Of a DNA stretch of 64,000 nucleotides, positions 1 through 12,530 are shown in pieces. Where the stretch lies: NCBI RefSeq assembly GCF_963921235.1, contig NC_086108.1, positions 27,716,001-27,780,000 of the forward strand, in the 5' to 3' direction. This stretch comes from Mobula hypostoma. Its lineage: Eukaryota. The position numbers and the translations under genes are program-made. The notes under the pieces were generated by a model. It saw nothing but the letters and a program-made list of their open reading frames with translations, had not been told where the DNA came from and did not search any database. Within the stretch, counting starts at the first letter, position 1; the number at the start of each line of letters is the position of its first letter.

Positions 1-37
1 GGAGCCAGAATGGGGAACAGAAAAAGAGAAAATTACC

Positions 38-120
38 AGAGCTGGAGAAATCAATGTTCATGTGATCAGGCTTGAGGCTATCAGAACAGAATATGAGGTG
101 TTGCTGCTCCAACCTGTGAT
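38..120 (-). mobile_element. Penelope-like element 3' ORF fragment
   Basis: Reverse complement resembles the RLEEQHLIFRLGSLQPDGMNIDFS C-terminus seen at 9360-9446 and 24690-24774. Confidence 0.7.
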
Positions 121-1792
121 GAGTAGACCAACATGGTGGGCTTGGCAATGGAGAATTGCATTCAACATAGAGATCAATAGCTTTCTGATTTTTGGATGTC
201 AGGGGTAGGGTTTCAAGGGACATGGGGGTAGGGCAGAAACTGGTGCTTGAGGTGGAGGAGTAGCCCTATTTTTCTTGAACAGTTCCAAGTGTTAATATTG
301 CCATAAAAGTCCATTATTGTCCATTGTCCATTGCAGTGCAGAACATTTAATGTGGTCATGGTGTTGCTATACTGAGGTATTGATTAAGGTTGTGCCGGTT
401 GATTGAAGATCCACATTCTGGTCATCCAGAGGACTAATTTTGTCCCTAGCAATCTTTTTTCTCTTAATGTATCTGTAGAAGCCCTTAGGATTCTTTTTCA
501 TCTTGTCTGCTAAAGCAACTTCATGCCTTCTTGATTTCTTCCTTGTGGTCTCTTGCATTTCTTGTACTCCATAGGCACCTTATTTGTTTGTACTGTCCTA
601 TACCTGCTTGCGCTCTATTTTTCTCTTATCCAGGGCCTCTTTATCTCTTGAAAACCAAGGATCCCTACACTTGTAATCTTTACCTTTTGTTCTGACAGGC
701 ATATACAAGCTTTGCAAAGTCAAAACTTAATTTTTGAAGGCCTCCTACTTTCCAAGTACACCCTTGCCATAAAGCAGCATGTCCCAATCCACTCTTGCCA
801 GATCATTTCAAAATTGACCTTTCTCCAAATTAGAATCTCAACCCGCAGAGCAGACTTTTCTTTTTGAACATTTACTTTGAACCTAATGGCATTGTGGTTA
901 CTGGATGCAAAGTGTTCCCCTGCACAAACTTCTGTCACTTGGCCTGTCTCATTCCCTGATAGCAGATCCAACATCACATGCTCTCTCATTGGGACTTTTA
1001 TGTACTGATGAAGAGAACTTTCCTGAACACGTTTATCTCGTCCTTTTACCATAAGGAATTCCCAGTCAATATGTGAAAAGTTACAATCACCTGCGATATC
1101 AACCTTATGTTTCTTGCAGCAGTCTGTGATCTCTTTACAAATTTGTTCCTCTAAGTCCCTAGGACTGCTAGGTGGTCTGTAATATAGCCCATTAAGGTGG
1201 TCATACCTTTCTTATTTCTCAGCTCCACCCATAACACCTCTTTAGTCGAGTTCTTCAGTGTGTCCTGATGGAACACTGCCATGACATTTTCCCTGATCAG
1301 TAATGCCACCTCTCGTTTTGTAATTCCTCTCACTCTGTCACATCTAAAACAACAGAACGCCGGAATATTGAGCTGTCAGTCCTTCCCCCTCCTGCAACCA
1401 AGTGTCACTAATGGCAACAACATCAAAATTCCCGGTGCTGATCCATGCCCTGAGATCATCCACCTTTCCTACGATACTTCCTACATAGAAATATATGCAG
1501 CTCAGGATATTGGTCACACCATGCTCGATCTTTCGATTCCTGACTTTGTCTGAGGTCTTACCAAAACCTGTCTCCACAACCTCTCCAGTAACTGTTCTGG
1601 CATTCTGGTTCCCATCCCCTTCAACTCTAGTTTAAACCCCACTGTGCAGCATTAACAAACTTCCCATAGGAATATTAATTCCTCTCAAGTTCAGGTGCAA
1701 ACCATCCCTTCTGCACAGCACTCACATTCCCTAGAAAAGAGCCCAATGATTAAAAAAATCTGAAGCCCTCCCATCCTTCACCAATTCCTGAG

Positions 1793-2657
1793 CTATATAT
1801 TAAATTGTATAATCTTTCTAGTTCTGGCCCAACTATCACATGGCACAGGTCCTGAGATCGCAACCCTGGAGGTCCTGCCCTTTAACTTAGCACCTGATTC
1901 CCTGAACTCCCTATACAGAACCTCATTACTTATTCTACCCATGCCATTGCTATCTACATGGACCACGACCTTTGGTTGTTCGCCATCCCACTTAAGATGC
2001 TGAGAACTTGATCCAAGATATCCTGGGCCCTGGCACCCGAGAGACAATAGACCATCTAGGAATGTTGGTTTCATCCATAGAACATCCTATCCATTCCCCT
2101 ACCTAATGAATCCCCTGTCACCACAGCATACCTCTTCACCCTACTTCACTTCTGATTCATAGAGCCAGACTCAGTGCCAGAGACCCGGCCGCTGTGACTT
2201 TCCTCTGTTAAGTCGATGCCCCACCCACAACAACAGTATCCAAAGTGATATACCTGCTGTTGAGGGGGATGGCAACAGGAGTACTCTGCACTGGCTCTTT
2301 AACCCTTACCCTTCCTGACTGCCACCCAGTTTCCTGAACCTGCACTTTGGGTGTAACTACCTCTCTATATATTCTATCTGTCACCAGCTCAGCCTCCCGA
2401 TTGATCTGGAATTCATCCATTTCCAACTTCAACTCCTTAATATGGATTGTTAAAAGCTACAGCTGGATGCGCTTCTCGCAGTTGCAGTCATCATGGACAC
2501 TGGAGGTCTCCCTGCCTTCCCACATCCCACAAGAGGAGCATTCCAATATCCTACCTGGCATCTCTATTGTCCTAGCTGAGCAGATATAAAGAAAGGAAGG
2601 AAAACAAAACTTAGCCTGGAGCTTTTCTTTTGTTTTTGTTTTCTTTGACGGAAGCAT
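1793..2657 (-). pseudogene. CR1 ORF1 remnant: N-terminal zinc finger, coiled coil, SGNH esterase-like domain
   Basis: ECSSCGMWE...CNCEK (2457-2657); VAIPLNSRYITL; EQPKVVVHVDSNG...RTSRVAISG (1793-2074), resembling the esterase VHVGTND block. Confidence 0.8.
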
Positions 2658-2783
2658 CTCTTCGCTGAAGCATCAAAGAACTAAAGCCTCATGATCACCA
2701 CTCTGACTCTGTCCAATCAGAAGACAGCCACAGGGCTGCCCTCCCTTCCTTTAATCTGCTCATGCTAATCAATCTTAAGCATG

Positions 2784-3112
2784 GATTGGTCACTGTTCAA
2801 AGCTAATTGCGCTGCCGTGACTCACTGCTCCCTTTTTCTACTTGGACAGTGGACCTGACGGAAGTCCCTTCCTCTCAGATTTCTGATGTCAGGATTGGTT
2901 GCTGGTCAAAGCTCTATTACACTGCTGTGACCCGCTGTTCCCTTTTTCTACCCGGGCAGTGGACCTCAGTGAAATCCCCTCCTCTCAAACTCCAAGGTCC
3001 AGATTGGTCACTGGTCAAAGCACTATTATGCTGCCACGACTGGCTACTCCATTTTTCTTCTCAGGCATTGGCCAGAGTGAAATCCGTCCTCCCAAAACTC
3101 CGATGTCCAGAA
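2784..3112 (-). repeat. Three tandem ~109-bp monomers at CR1 5' end, each with a CCAAT box
   Basis: GATTGGT...TCAAAGC recurs at 2784, 2893 and 3002 with alignable sequence in between. Confidence 0.85.
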
Positions 3113-3289
3113 TAGAATATCTTTCTATTTATTTTTCCTGCCAAAATGAGCATTTTCATATCTTTTGAGCATTTGAAATCTCTTCATAAATTAACAATTT
3201 CACGATCTTCTGAAGAACTTGGTGGACATAACTGTCAAGCATATAGGTATTTTACCTTTAAGCAGATGAAGATACATCACCATAGCTGT

Positions 3290-4995
3290 AACAGAGAGCA
3301 GGGGTGGATTCCAAGCTAGATGAAAGAGCAGGGGAATGAAACTTCTTTATCCAGTATTTAGTTAGCAAATGTACAATCACGGGAGAACAGGATTGAGGAC
3401 CTAAGGGCAAGATTGCTGTATCAGAGGGAAATGAGAAATTGCTGCATTCCCTGTTTCACGGAGACATGGCTCACTCCGGGCACACCGGATATATGGGTAA
3501 GACCTAAATGCTTCTCAATGTACTGGATGGAATTGACTGCTGATTCAGAGAAGGTGGGGACTGTGTTTCATATATTCTTTGCGGTGCTTGGATACAATGG
3601 TCTTCTCGTACTCTTGGTCCCTAACCTGGAAAATTTAACGATTAAGTCCAACCATTCTACTTACCGAGGGAGTTCTGTGTGAGCCTGAATGCAGTTTATA
3701 TACCAACAAAAGAAGATACTAAACTGGCACTCCAAGTATTGAATGCTGCCATCAGCAAAAATGAAACAACCTACCGCGATACCTTTCAATCACTGTCAGG
3801 AGGCTTGTTTGAAGAAAACTCTGCACAAATACCATCAAAGTTCAAAGTACATTTATTATCAAAGTATGTATATTATACTTTGAGATTCATCTCCTTACAG
3901 TCAACCACAAAACAAAGAAACCCAATAGAACCCATTAAAAAAGACATTCAAACATCCAAATTGCAAAAAAAGAACAAATCATGCAAAGAATAAAAATTAA
4001 GCAAATAACATCAAAACTAAAGTTTATGAAAGTGAGTTCACAGCCATGAAGCTAGTCTTAACTCCAGTCAGTCCAGAAGCCCCCACCTGAGAAGTGACTT
4101 CAATCTGCTCCAATTTGCTTACAGTTACAGCAGGTCCACAGCAGATGCCATTTCATTGACTCTTCACTCAAAGCTGGAACATCAAGACAGTGAATATGCA
4201 TATATTGGGATACTATTCATCGACCTCAGCTCAGCATTCAATACTATTCTCCCTTCAAAACTAACCAATAATCTTCAAGACCTTGGCCTCAATACCTCCT
4301 TGTGCAATTGAATTCTCGATTTCCTATCTTGCAGACCCTAGTCAGTTCGGATTAGCAAAATATCTCCCCGACAATCTCTTTCAACATAGCCTTTGTGCTT
4401 AGCCCCTGATATACTCACTTTGCACTTTGGACTGTGTGATTAAAAACAGTTCCAATGTCATATTTAAGTTTACTGACTGTACCAGTGTCATGGGCTAAAT
4501 CAAAGGTGGTGATGAATCAGCATATTGGAGAGAGATAGACAATATGGATGAGTGGTGCCACAACAACATCCTCTCACTCAGTGTCAGCAAGACCAAGGAG
4601 CTAATTATTGAATTCAGGCATAAACCGGAAGTCCATGAGCCAGTCTTAATTGGAGAATCAGAGCTGAAGAGCATCAGCATCTTTAAATTCTTTGATGTTA
4701 TCATTTCGGAGGACCTGTCCTGGATCCAGCATGTAAATGCCATTACGAAGAAAACGGCAGCACTACTACTTCTTTAAATGTTTGCAAAGATTCAGCATGA
4801 CATCTAGAACTTCTATAGTCAATTATAAATGTGTATTGGAGAGTATATTGACTAGTTGCATCATGGCCTGGTATGGAAAGACCAATGCCCTTTCTTGGAA
4901 AAGCATACAACAAGTTGTGGATACGGCCCAGCCCATCATGGGTTAAGTCCTCCCACCATTGAGCACATCTACATCGAGCGTTGTCACAGGAAAGA
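3290..4995 (+). mobile_element. Rex1/Babar-type LINE, degraded and internally deleted
   Basis: CFTETWL endonuclease motif (3413-), IDLSSAFNT RT block (~4220), WCHNNILSLSVSKTKELII and ESILTSCIMAWYG C-terminus. Confidence 0.85.
3836..4070 (-). repeat. Probable non-autonomous retroelement fragment inserted in Rex1
   Basis: Interrupts Rex1 homology; begins with aaagttcaaagt...tttatt, i.e. a minus-strand AATAAA plus short tandem tail. Confidence 0.45.
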
Positions 4996-5366
4996 TTCTC
5001 CATTATCTTATTTACAGAGTATGGGACCACTTGATTTAGTGTGTATGGAGTCCCTCTCCATAGTGCCTTATTCCAGCAATGCTGCAAATGTCTTGGTCAT
5101 CACTGATAACTACACCAGATATGCTCAAGCCTTACCCACTAATGATCTCAGGGCATCCACAGTCGCTAAAGTGTTAAGAGAGAAATATTTTGTTCATTTT
5201 GGCATCCCAAGAAGAATACATAATGATCAGAGAAGAGATTTTGAGAGTCAGCTCATACATGAGCTACAGAACATGTAGAGGGCCACAGATATCACCCTCA
5301 GGGTGATCCCCAGCATGAATGGTTCAACCGGACATTGTTAGACACGCTTGGAACCCTGGATATCAG

Positions 5367-6228
5367 TGTAACCGGGTGACCGTTGGATCTTATTCAGTAT
5401 TGTTAAAAGTGTACTGAAGCATCCATCCGGGTCTTGCTAGAATAGTTGTCTGTGCCTTTAAGGGAGATGGTGATGTCATTACACATGCGTGGGGTAGTGG
5501 GGAGACCATTTTGTTTTCTGCTGAAGACGCTGATGGGTCTTTGGGATTGAGTTCCTCCCCGAGACTGGGCATGGTGAGGAAAGGTGAGCATTAATTGATG
5601 ATATCCATGTGAATTCATTTATGCTTGTTGGCGAATTGGGAATATCGGTAATTTGACATGTTTTACATGTGGATGCTTCAGATTTTCACGAGTAAAAATC
5701 ATCGACGCTGGATCGTGTGGCTTGTACAAAGTTCCTCACCAGCTAAGTAGGCCAGTCATCCTGTAATTTAACTACCAGGAATATACCTTGTAAAAGTTGT
5801 GCCAAAGTGTACCTTTCGTCTATCTTTATGGTATCATGACTGATTGTGCATGTAATCGCGTAATGTGAATGTTTAGTCGCTGTTCGGAAGTTCAGCACGT
5901 GTATACATCTTAGATGAGATATATTCACTTACATTTTTTGCTGTTATGTATAAGATACAGGGTTGTTTGTATTGTGTTCATTCAGGATTGCCACTACCGT
6001 ATTAGTACCATATTAGTTCTGGTATTTTTATACTACATATACAATTTGCTGCTACACAAGGGTGTGGATCGAAAGTTAAACTGAGATTGTAATGGCAAGA
6101 ACTGGTTGTAAATTGGTTTATTTTGTTTTGAAACCCTCTTCTGGCACTTAAGCATCTAAAACAGATAAAGGAATTAAAACCTGAAAAAGTATTTGTTGTC
6201 CTGAGTGTGTACTTTTCCCCAGGCTACA
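5367..6228. mobile_element. Solo LTR inserted in Gypsy integrase
   Basis: Termini TGTAACCGGG...CCCAGGCTACA; ATCAG at 5362-5366 and 6231-6235 (two extra A between); removing it rejoins LGTLDISKKNKW. Confidence 0.8.
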
Positions 6229-6650
6229 AAATCAGCAAAAAGAATAAGTGGAGTTGGCATTTGTTATACTGCTACAACCGAAATCAAAATGAAACCACCA
6301 GATACTTGTCACACTATTTAATGTTTGGGCATGAGGCGAGATTGCCTATTGATCTCTGTTTTGGAGCCAGTGTTGAAAACCTGCCACAGAAGACATATCT
6401 GACATGAGAAAAGAGCTGCAACAAGCTTATGAGCTGGCAGCAATTTCTACAACCAAGCAAAATTAAGGAAACTGGAGGAGATATGATCAAAAGATTAAGT
6501 TCACTCAATTGAAGCCTAAAGACGAGTTTTAATAAGCAAACTGGGGCTACCAGGGAAGCAGAAGTTGGCTGACCGCTGGGTGTCTATGCCTTATGTAGTG
6601 GAGAGTCAGATGCCAAACGTGTCAGTTTTCCAGGTGAAGTCAGAAGATGG

Positions 6651-7532
6651 TGTGATGAGAATACACATAAATTAAGATGTTTGCTGGCCTGGGCTAGCAC
6701 CAGTGGCATCAGCAGTTGGTCTGCCACCTGTCCTCAGGGGAGGGAGAGATAAGGAACACAATGAAGCAGCATTCGGAGATGTGTAATGAAGGGACAGGAG
6801 AGAGAGCTGTCTAGAGCGGCTCCCCCTTTGAACCCTGAACTGTTTGAAGTGATGGACAGGCGATACCCCAGCAGGGGGATAAAAAGGGACAGGTTCACTA
6901 AGGCAAGACACACACGACACCCCGAGGTAACAAGACCCTGGAAGCGGTGCGCCTCTCACAAGTCGGTGGGCAGCTCTTGGACGGCTGATCGCGGGATCAG
7001 CCTTAGACGCACAGGGTGGAAAGGTACGATCAGCGGGAACCCGGTGTGTGTCCGCCCTTGCTTGGGTGCCGGGTTCACTGCAGAGGATCGACCCCATCTG
7101 GAGGAGGGGTCACAGTCGGTGACCCCAGGTGACATCACAAAGGACTCACCCGAAAGCTGCTTATGAGCAATCTCGCAGGTCTGTGAGTGGAAGCCGTTCT
7201 GAATGATCATTCGTTCTTGTTCTCTCTCTCCTTCCCCCCACATTGTCCATCGCCATGGCAATGATTACTGCGAACTGAACTAAATTGAACTGGACTTTGT
7301 GTCACTTTGAAATTGGTCATTTACCCCTAGACAACGATAGAGCTTGATTGATCCTGTTATCTTAATTCTGTGCACATGTGTGTTTATCATTGCTGAACTG
7401 TTGCATTTATTATCCTTTCGATTACTGTGTTGCTTGTTTCTTTAATAAAACTTTCTTAGTTCTAGTAATCCAGACTCCAACTGAGTGATCCATTTCTGCT
7501 GGTTTGGCAACCCAGTTACAGGGTACGTAACA
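6651..7532 (+). mobile_element. Solo LTR (882 bp) inserted in Gypsy integrase
   Basis: TG...CA termini, 4-bp TSD ATGG (6647-6650, 7533-7536), TATA-like gataaaa ~6878, AATAAA ~7444; host frame rejoins as VKSEDGNSLVKILHR. Confidence 0.9.
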
Positions 7533-8331
7533 ATGGGAATAGCCTTGTCAAAATTCTCCATCGGATTCACCTTTCACCCCAAGGGTAGGAGGTATGTTTT
7601 GACCCAGAGCCTGACATGGAAGCTATAGTAGAACTCTGCTCAGAAGGAGGAGAACAGAAAGACCTGAAAAAGAACCAACCACTGAATGATGTTTGGACTC
7701 CGAGGATGAGGAAGAGGGGATGTGGTGTACTTTTCCTTATGCAAACTCCCCAAGAATTGATGAGGTGATTCCCGAATCACCCAACCCTGACTCAGATGTA
7801 GCGGGGAGAACTAGCAGTGGACAGACAGAAATTATGCTAGACAGGGAGGGGAAGCTGGGCTCCAATGTAATTGGGGATGAAGCTGAGCGGGGACCTGAGT
7901 TGCTGGAAGGCACAAGCAATGGATATGTGGAGGCATCCTCAGGAAAACAGGAATGGCCCCAAGCAGTGCCTGAGGCTGAAGAAGCTAAAGGTGAGATAAG
8001 AAAGTCTCAGAGAGTGAGAAAACCCCTAGATAGGCTGGCATATGATGCACCAGGGAAAAAGAGTGTTGCATCTATCCCAATAGTGAGATACGTTACAAAT
8101 GGATTGGGGGGTCCTGAAATCACAAGATTCATTAACAATGGTTGATAAGAACATGACTATTTTTGCTGGAGGGAGAGTGTAATGCCCTGGTTAAGTTTTC
8201 TATTGCTATGCTGCAGAGTATTTCATTTAGTAGTTTTCTGTAGAGGCAGTGCGTCCCGCTGGTAGAATGTTATGGTTTCGGCTAAAGATAAGGAGGTACG
8301 TTTTTCAACTTAGGAATGTGCTGTTAGCCAT

Positions 8332-9900
8332 TCCATGTTCCAAGCCTATACTGGTATCTGTCCCCCACTTTTCCTTCACTACATCGGCGACTGCATTGGC
8401 GCTGCTTCCTGCACACATGCTGAGCTTGTTGACTTCATTAACTTTGTCTCCAACTTTCACCCTGCCCTCAAGCTTACCTGGTCCATTTCCGACACCTCCC
8501 TCCCCTTTCTTGATCTTTCTGTCTCTGTCTCTGGAGACAGCTTATCTACTGATGTCTACTATAAGCCTACGGACTCTCACAGCTACCTGGACTATTCCTC
8601 TTCCCAACCTGTCTCTTGCAAAAATGCCATTCCCTTCTCACAATTCCTCTGTCTCCGCCGCATCTGCTCTCAGGATGAGGCTTTTCATTCCAGGACGAAG
8701 GAGATGTCCTCCTTTTTTAGAGGAAGGGGCTTCCCTTCCTCCACCATCAACTCTGCTCTCAAACGCACCTCTGCCATTTCATGTACATCTGCTGTCACCC
8801 CATCCTCCTGCCACCCCACTAGGAATAGTTTTCCCCTTGTCCTCACCTACCACCCCATTAGCCTTCGGGTCCAACATATTATTCTCCGTAATTTCCGCCA
8901 CCTCCAACGGGAACCCACCACTAAGCATATCTTTCCCTCACCCCATTTTCTGCTTTCCACAGGGATCGCTCCCTACGCAATGCCCTTGTCCATTCATCCC
9001 CCCCATCTCTTCCCAATGATCTCCTTCCTGGCACTTATCCTTGTAAATGGAACAAGTGCTACACGTGCCCTCACACTTCCTCCCTCACCACCAGTCAGGG
9101 CCCCAGACAGTCCTTCCAGGTGAGGCGACACTTCACCCGTGAGTCGGCTGGGGTGATATACTGCGTCCGGTGCTCCCAATGCAGCCTTCTATATATTGGC
9201 GAGACCCGACACAGGCTGGGAGACAATTTTGCTGAAAACTTATGCTCTGTCCACCAGAGAAACCAGGATCTTCCCGTGGCCACACATTTTAATGCCACAC
9301 CCCATTCCCATTGTGATATGTCTATCCACGGCCTCCTCTACTGTCAAGATGAAGCCACAATCAGGTTGGAGGAACAACACCTTATATTCCGTCTGGGTAG
9401 CCTCCAACCTGATGGCATTAACATTGACTTCTCTAACTTCCGTTAATGCCCCACCTCCTCTTTGTACCCCATCCCTTATTTATTTATTTATTTTCCCCTT
9501 TTTCTCTCTCTTTTTTCTCCCTCTGTCCCTCTCACGACAACTCCTTGACCATCCTCTGGGCTTTTCCCCCCTCTCCCCTTTTCTTTCTCCTTAGGCCTCC
9601 TGTCCCATGATCCTCTCATATCCCTTTTGCCAATCAACTTTCCAGCTCTTGGCTCCATCCCTCCCCCTTCTGTCTTCTCCTATCATTTTGGATCTCCCCC
9701 TCCCCCTCCCAATCTCTTAATATCTTTTCTTTCAGTTAGTCCTGACGAAGGGTCTCGGCCTGAAACGTCGACTGCGCCTCTTCCTATAGATGCTGCCTGG
9801 CCTGCTGCGTTCACCAGCAACTTTGATGTGTGTTGCTTGAATTTCCAGCATCTGCAGAATTCCTGTTGTCTGCTGCATTCACCAGCATGTTTTGTGTGTT
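8332..9900 (+). mobile_element. 5'-truncated Penelope-like element (RT C-terminal half, GIY-YIG endonuclease, 3' repeat)
   Basis: HYIGD (degenerate YIDD), LPFLD, TDVYYKPTD, YLDYSSS; VIYCVRCSQCSLLYIGET GIY-YIG motif; frameshifted. Confidence 0.92.
9738..9773 (+). ncRNA. Minimal type I hammerhead ribozyme motif, intact core
   Basis: AGTC-CTGACGA-AGG(gtctcgg)CCT-GAAA-CG-TC-GACT: stem I AGTC/GACT, CUGANGA and GAAA boxes, GUC cleavage triplet ending at 9769. Confidence 0.85.
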
Positions 9901-12352
9901 TCTCCAAAGGTCATGTGCACGTTTAGAATGATTTAACTGTAATGGGCCCTTTTATATTTTTCTTTTCTTTCTCTTAATATCTGTTTGATAAAGCTGAAAT
10001 TAATAAATATAATTTTTTAAATTATTTTATGTACTGTATATTCTGTTATTCCTTGCTGACTGATAATTGTGCATGAGCAGTAATTACACAGCATTTGCTT
10101 AATCAAGGTTCCCCTAATCAGAACATTCCAACTCTCCTGTTTGGTTGAACCCCATATCATACTGACCCTAGACGTATGTTGTTTGTGAAGGTGGCCTCGT
10201 CACTGCTGAGTCATGTTGCAGAGGTAGTAATCGAGCTAAGTTCGCTTATGAGCCCGGTGAGGGCGTTACATTTGCTTGTTGATCTTTGCCAATCACTTAA
10301 TCTGTCTATATCCTATCTGAATACAGCTGATATACTGTAGAATTGGTTGATGTTAAAAAACAAGCCAAAAATAAAAGATGTTCCATTGTCATCAATAATA
10401 AGAATAGTTTCATCAAAGTCCCTCCCAACACCCAGTACAATTAAAGTAAAACAATCATTTGGGTCTGAACCTTCTGATAACTAACACTCTCCCCCTCAGT
10501 TACATACTTACCTATTCCTTATTTTTGTTCATTCACTACTTAGTGCTGTAGAAAGCTGCTTTTGTAAAATTTCTTATCTATTCCTAGTTTTGGCTTAGCA
10601 TATTGATCCTGTGCCTGTCGAGCAAAGAAATATTCCAAATACAAAAAAAGATATATATCTGAATTACTGATGTGCTGTCTAGTAAATAAGCCAATTGTTC
10701 TTCCACCATCAAGAGATAGGAGGTTGTGTGTATGATTTCATGCAAAAGTAGTGTGACTTGAAGAGGGAAGCGGCTATTCATAAGTTGAACATGGCTTCAC
10801 ATCTGTCATTGATATTAAGATGAACAAGATAATCTTCTAGGAATTATCTGCCTCTGCTTTAGTAACTGTATCAGGAAATGTATTTTTCCATATACCTTAA
10901 TAGTTTCCCTGAGGTTGCAATCTCGTTTTTTTTTGCAAGGTACAGAGATACATCAGCGTTATGGTTCTCAATTTAAATGGTGAAAGCAGAATATACAGCA
11001 GCAACAAAGACTAATTTGACAACTTTCCAACTGAATTAGGAGAAGAGAAAGTATCCACCATAATAATCGGTTAGCCTGCATGATGTATACAGTGATATGA
11101 AATCAGATGTGACCTGTGAATTTCATAAGTTTAACAAGGTAAGTAACAACTGAGGGAGGAAGAGAATCAATACGTGCTCAGCATATATTTAATGAAGACA
11201 AACTGACTATCAACACTGTAAGCGATTGGAGAATGAGAGGACATTGTGATAATTCTGCTCAAACGAAGGATCTCGCCATGGTCTTACAGAGATTATTATA
11301 ATTTGGTGACCTTGCATCCATCTAGTTTTGCACGATTTCACCGGTGGAAGAAATAAACAACTCAAATCATTTAGCTAATGCAATTACAAATGCAGTATGA
11401 TCATCAGTCCACACACCCCAACCTTGCAAGCAATAGATATAAACAAAGAAGACTTTTACTCCAATCTTGAGGAACTCCTGAGAGTTGAAAAGGAAACAAA
11501 TTTCTGATAAGATGCAATTGGCAGCAATGAAGTAGTTAAAGCTAATTCAAGTAGAGATTCCTCCTGACTGAAACATGATTTTGTCATAATCAAAATTTGA
11601 TTCATCAGAGAAACAAGTTCAAGATCTCCTGACAACTTTGAGAATTGGTACCTTTTGGACTTTTCAGTTTCCAAGTGAGGAGCCATAAGGAAATGAGCAG
11701 ACCAATACTCTGTCATCTCCATTAACCTGGCTACAAAATGGCAACAGCACCTGTAATGGAAAGATCAATACAGAAGGACTCATGAGTCCTATAAAAACAG
11801 TGGTATTCAAGAAACTCCTCACAGTCAGCCCATGACTCTCAACCAACTGGAGCTACTGTCTGTCACCACCCCATCATGATTGGCATCTCTGAAGAGACTC
11901 TCAGTTACCACACCAGAAAAATGTTAGGAGATGTCCGAGTAAGAGAGACAGCAGATAATTCACTGCAAAAGCATGATGAAGCACTATCACAATGTAAGGA
12001 GGAAAAACTGGTCCTATTAACATCTAAAAGTTGATGTTCAACAATAAACTCATCATGAACTAGGAACAGATACTGACTGGAGAGATCGCAGATTGTCTAT
12101 CAATGAATGTATCAATAGGGTCTTCAATGGGAAAGCCCAGCTAAAGCCTGAGAAAACAAAGATGAGTGAGAGTCAAGAAGAGTAGATCATGGAGGGAGTG
12201 CTGACAGTAGCTGCTGGAAGGAGAACTCTGGAAGTATCCTCAAGCAAAGTGATCCCGACTCAGTTATAAAAGTTAAAAAGGTCATCTATTATCACCCAGA
12301 TAAAATTCCTCTTCCATGGCAGGGATTGCTTCTTGCCCAATTCCATGACCTA

Positions 12353-12420
12353 CAGTACTGTGCAAGGGTTTTAGGCACATAGATATAGCTAGGGTGCCTA
12401 AGAGTTTTTGCACAGTACTG
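12353..12420. mobile_element. 68-bp hairpin MITE, Tc1/mariner-type ends
   Basis: CAGTACTGTGCAA...TAGGCAC / GTGCCTAA...TTGCACAGTACTG inverted arms, TA on both sides. Confidence 0.8.
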
Positions 12421-12530
12421 TAAGCTGTTTTTATATAATTTCCTCATGGGTTAATTTTGATTTGCTTTGAAGTACACAGTGGAAAGACATCCATCCCCGT
12501 CATCTGTTTCTTTGCTCTTGAAACAGCTAC

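Larger units (their letters stand above)
400..3112 (-). mobile_element. CR1 LINE, 5' half (5' UTR, ORF1, ORF2 endonuclease), degraded
   Basis: ORF fragments: APE-like (GKVDDLRAWISTGNFDVVAISDTWL; LDLLSGNETGQV; SNHNAIRF), linker KKNPKGFYRYIKRK; colinear with the CR1 part at 17359-19515. Confidence 0.9.
5000..10270 (+). mobile_element. Gypsy LTR retrotransposon 3' part (integrase, C-terminal extension, PPT, 3' LTR) with three nested insertions
   Basis: Integrase core GPLDLVCMES...VITDNYTRYAQA...FGIPRRIHNDQRRDFES, continuing YLMFGHEARLPID and KLADRW; PPT ggagggagag 8168-8177. Confidence 0.9.
8178..10270 (+). repeat. 3' LTR of the Gypsy element, interrupted by a Penelope-like element
   Basis: Starts TGTAATGCCC right after the PPT; ends GGGCGTTACA (imperfect inverted terminus). 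Confidence 0.8.

Noticed and set aside
6672..7261. Overlapping 100-140 aa ORFs
   Set aside because: They lie inside a TSD-flanked solo LTR and show no protein motifs.
7693..8145. 150-aa acidic ORF as a host gene or env
   Set aside because: It lies between integrase and PPT, has no signal or transmembrane segment and includes an RKSQRVRKP motif typical of Gypsy pol C-terminal tails.
8249..9019. 256-aa ORF overlapping the Penelope RT
   Set aside because: Alternative frame of a C/T-rich strand; it begins in unrelated LTR sequence and is not kept open at this length in the second copy.
10925..11145. Possible exon between a T-rich acceptor and AAG|GTAAGT
   Set aside because: No recognisable coding content; splice-like motifs alone are not enough.
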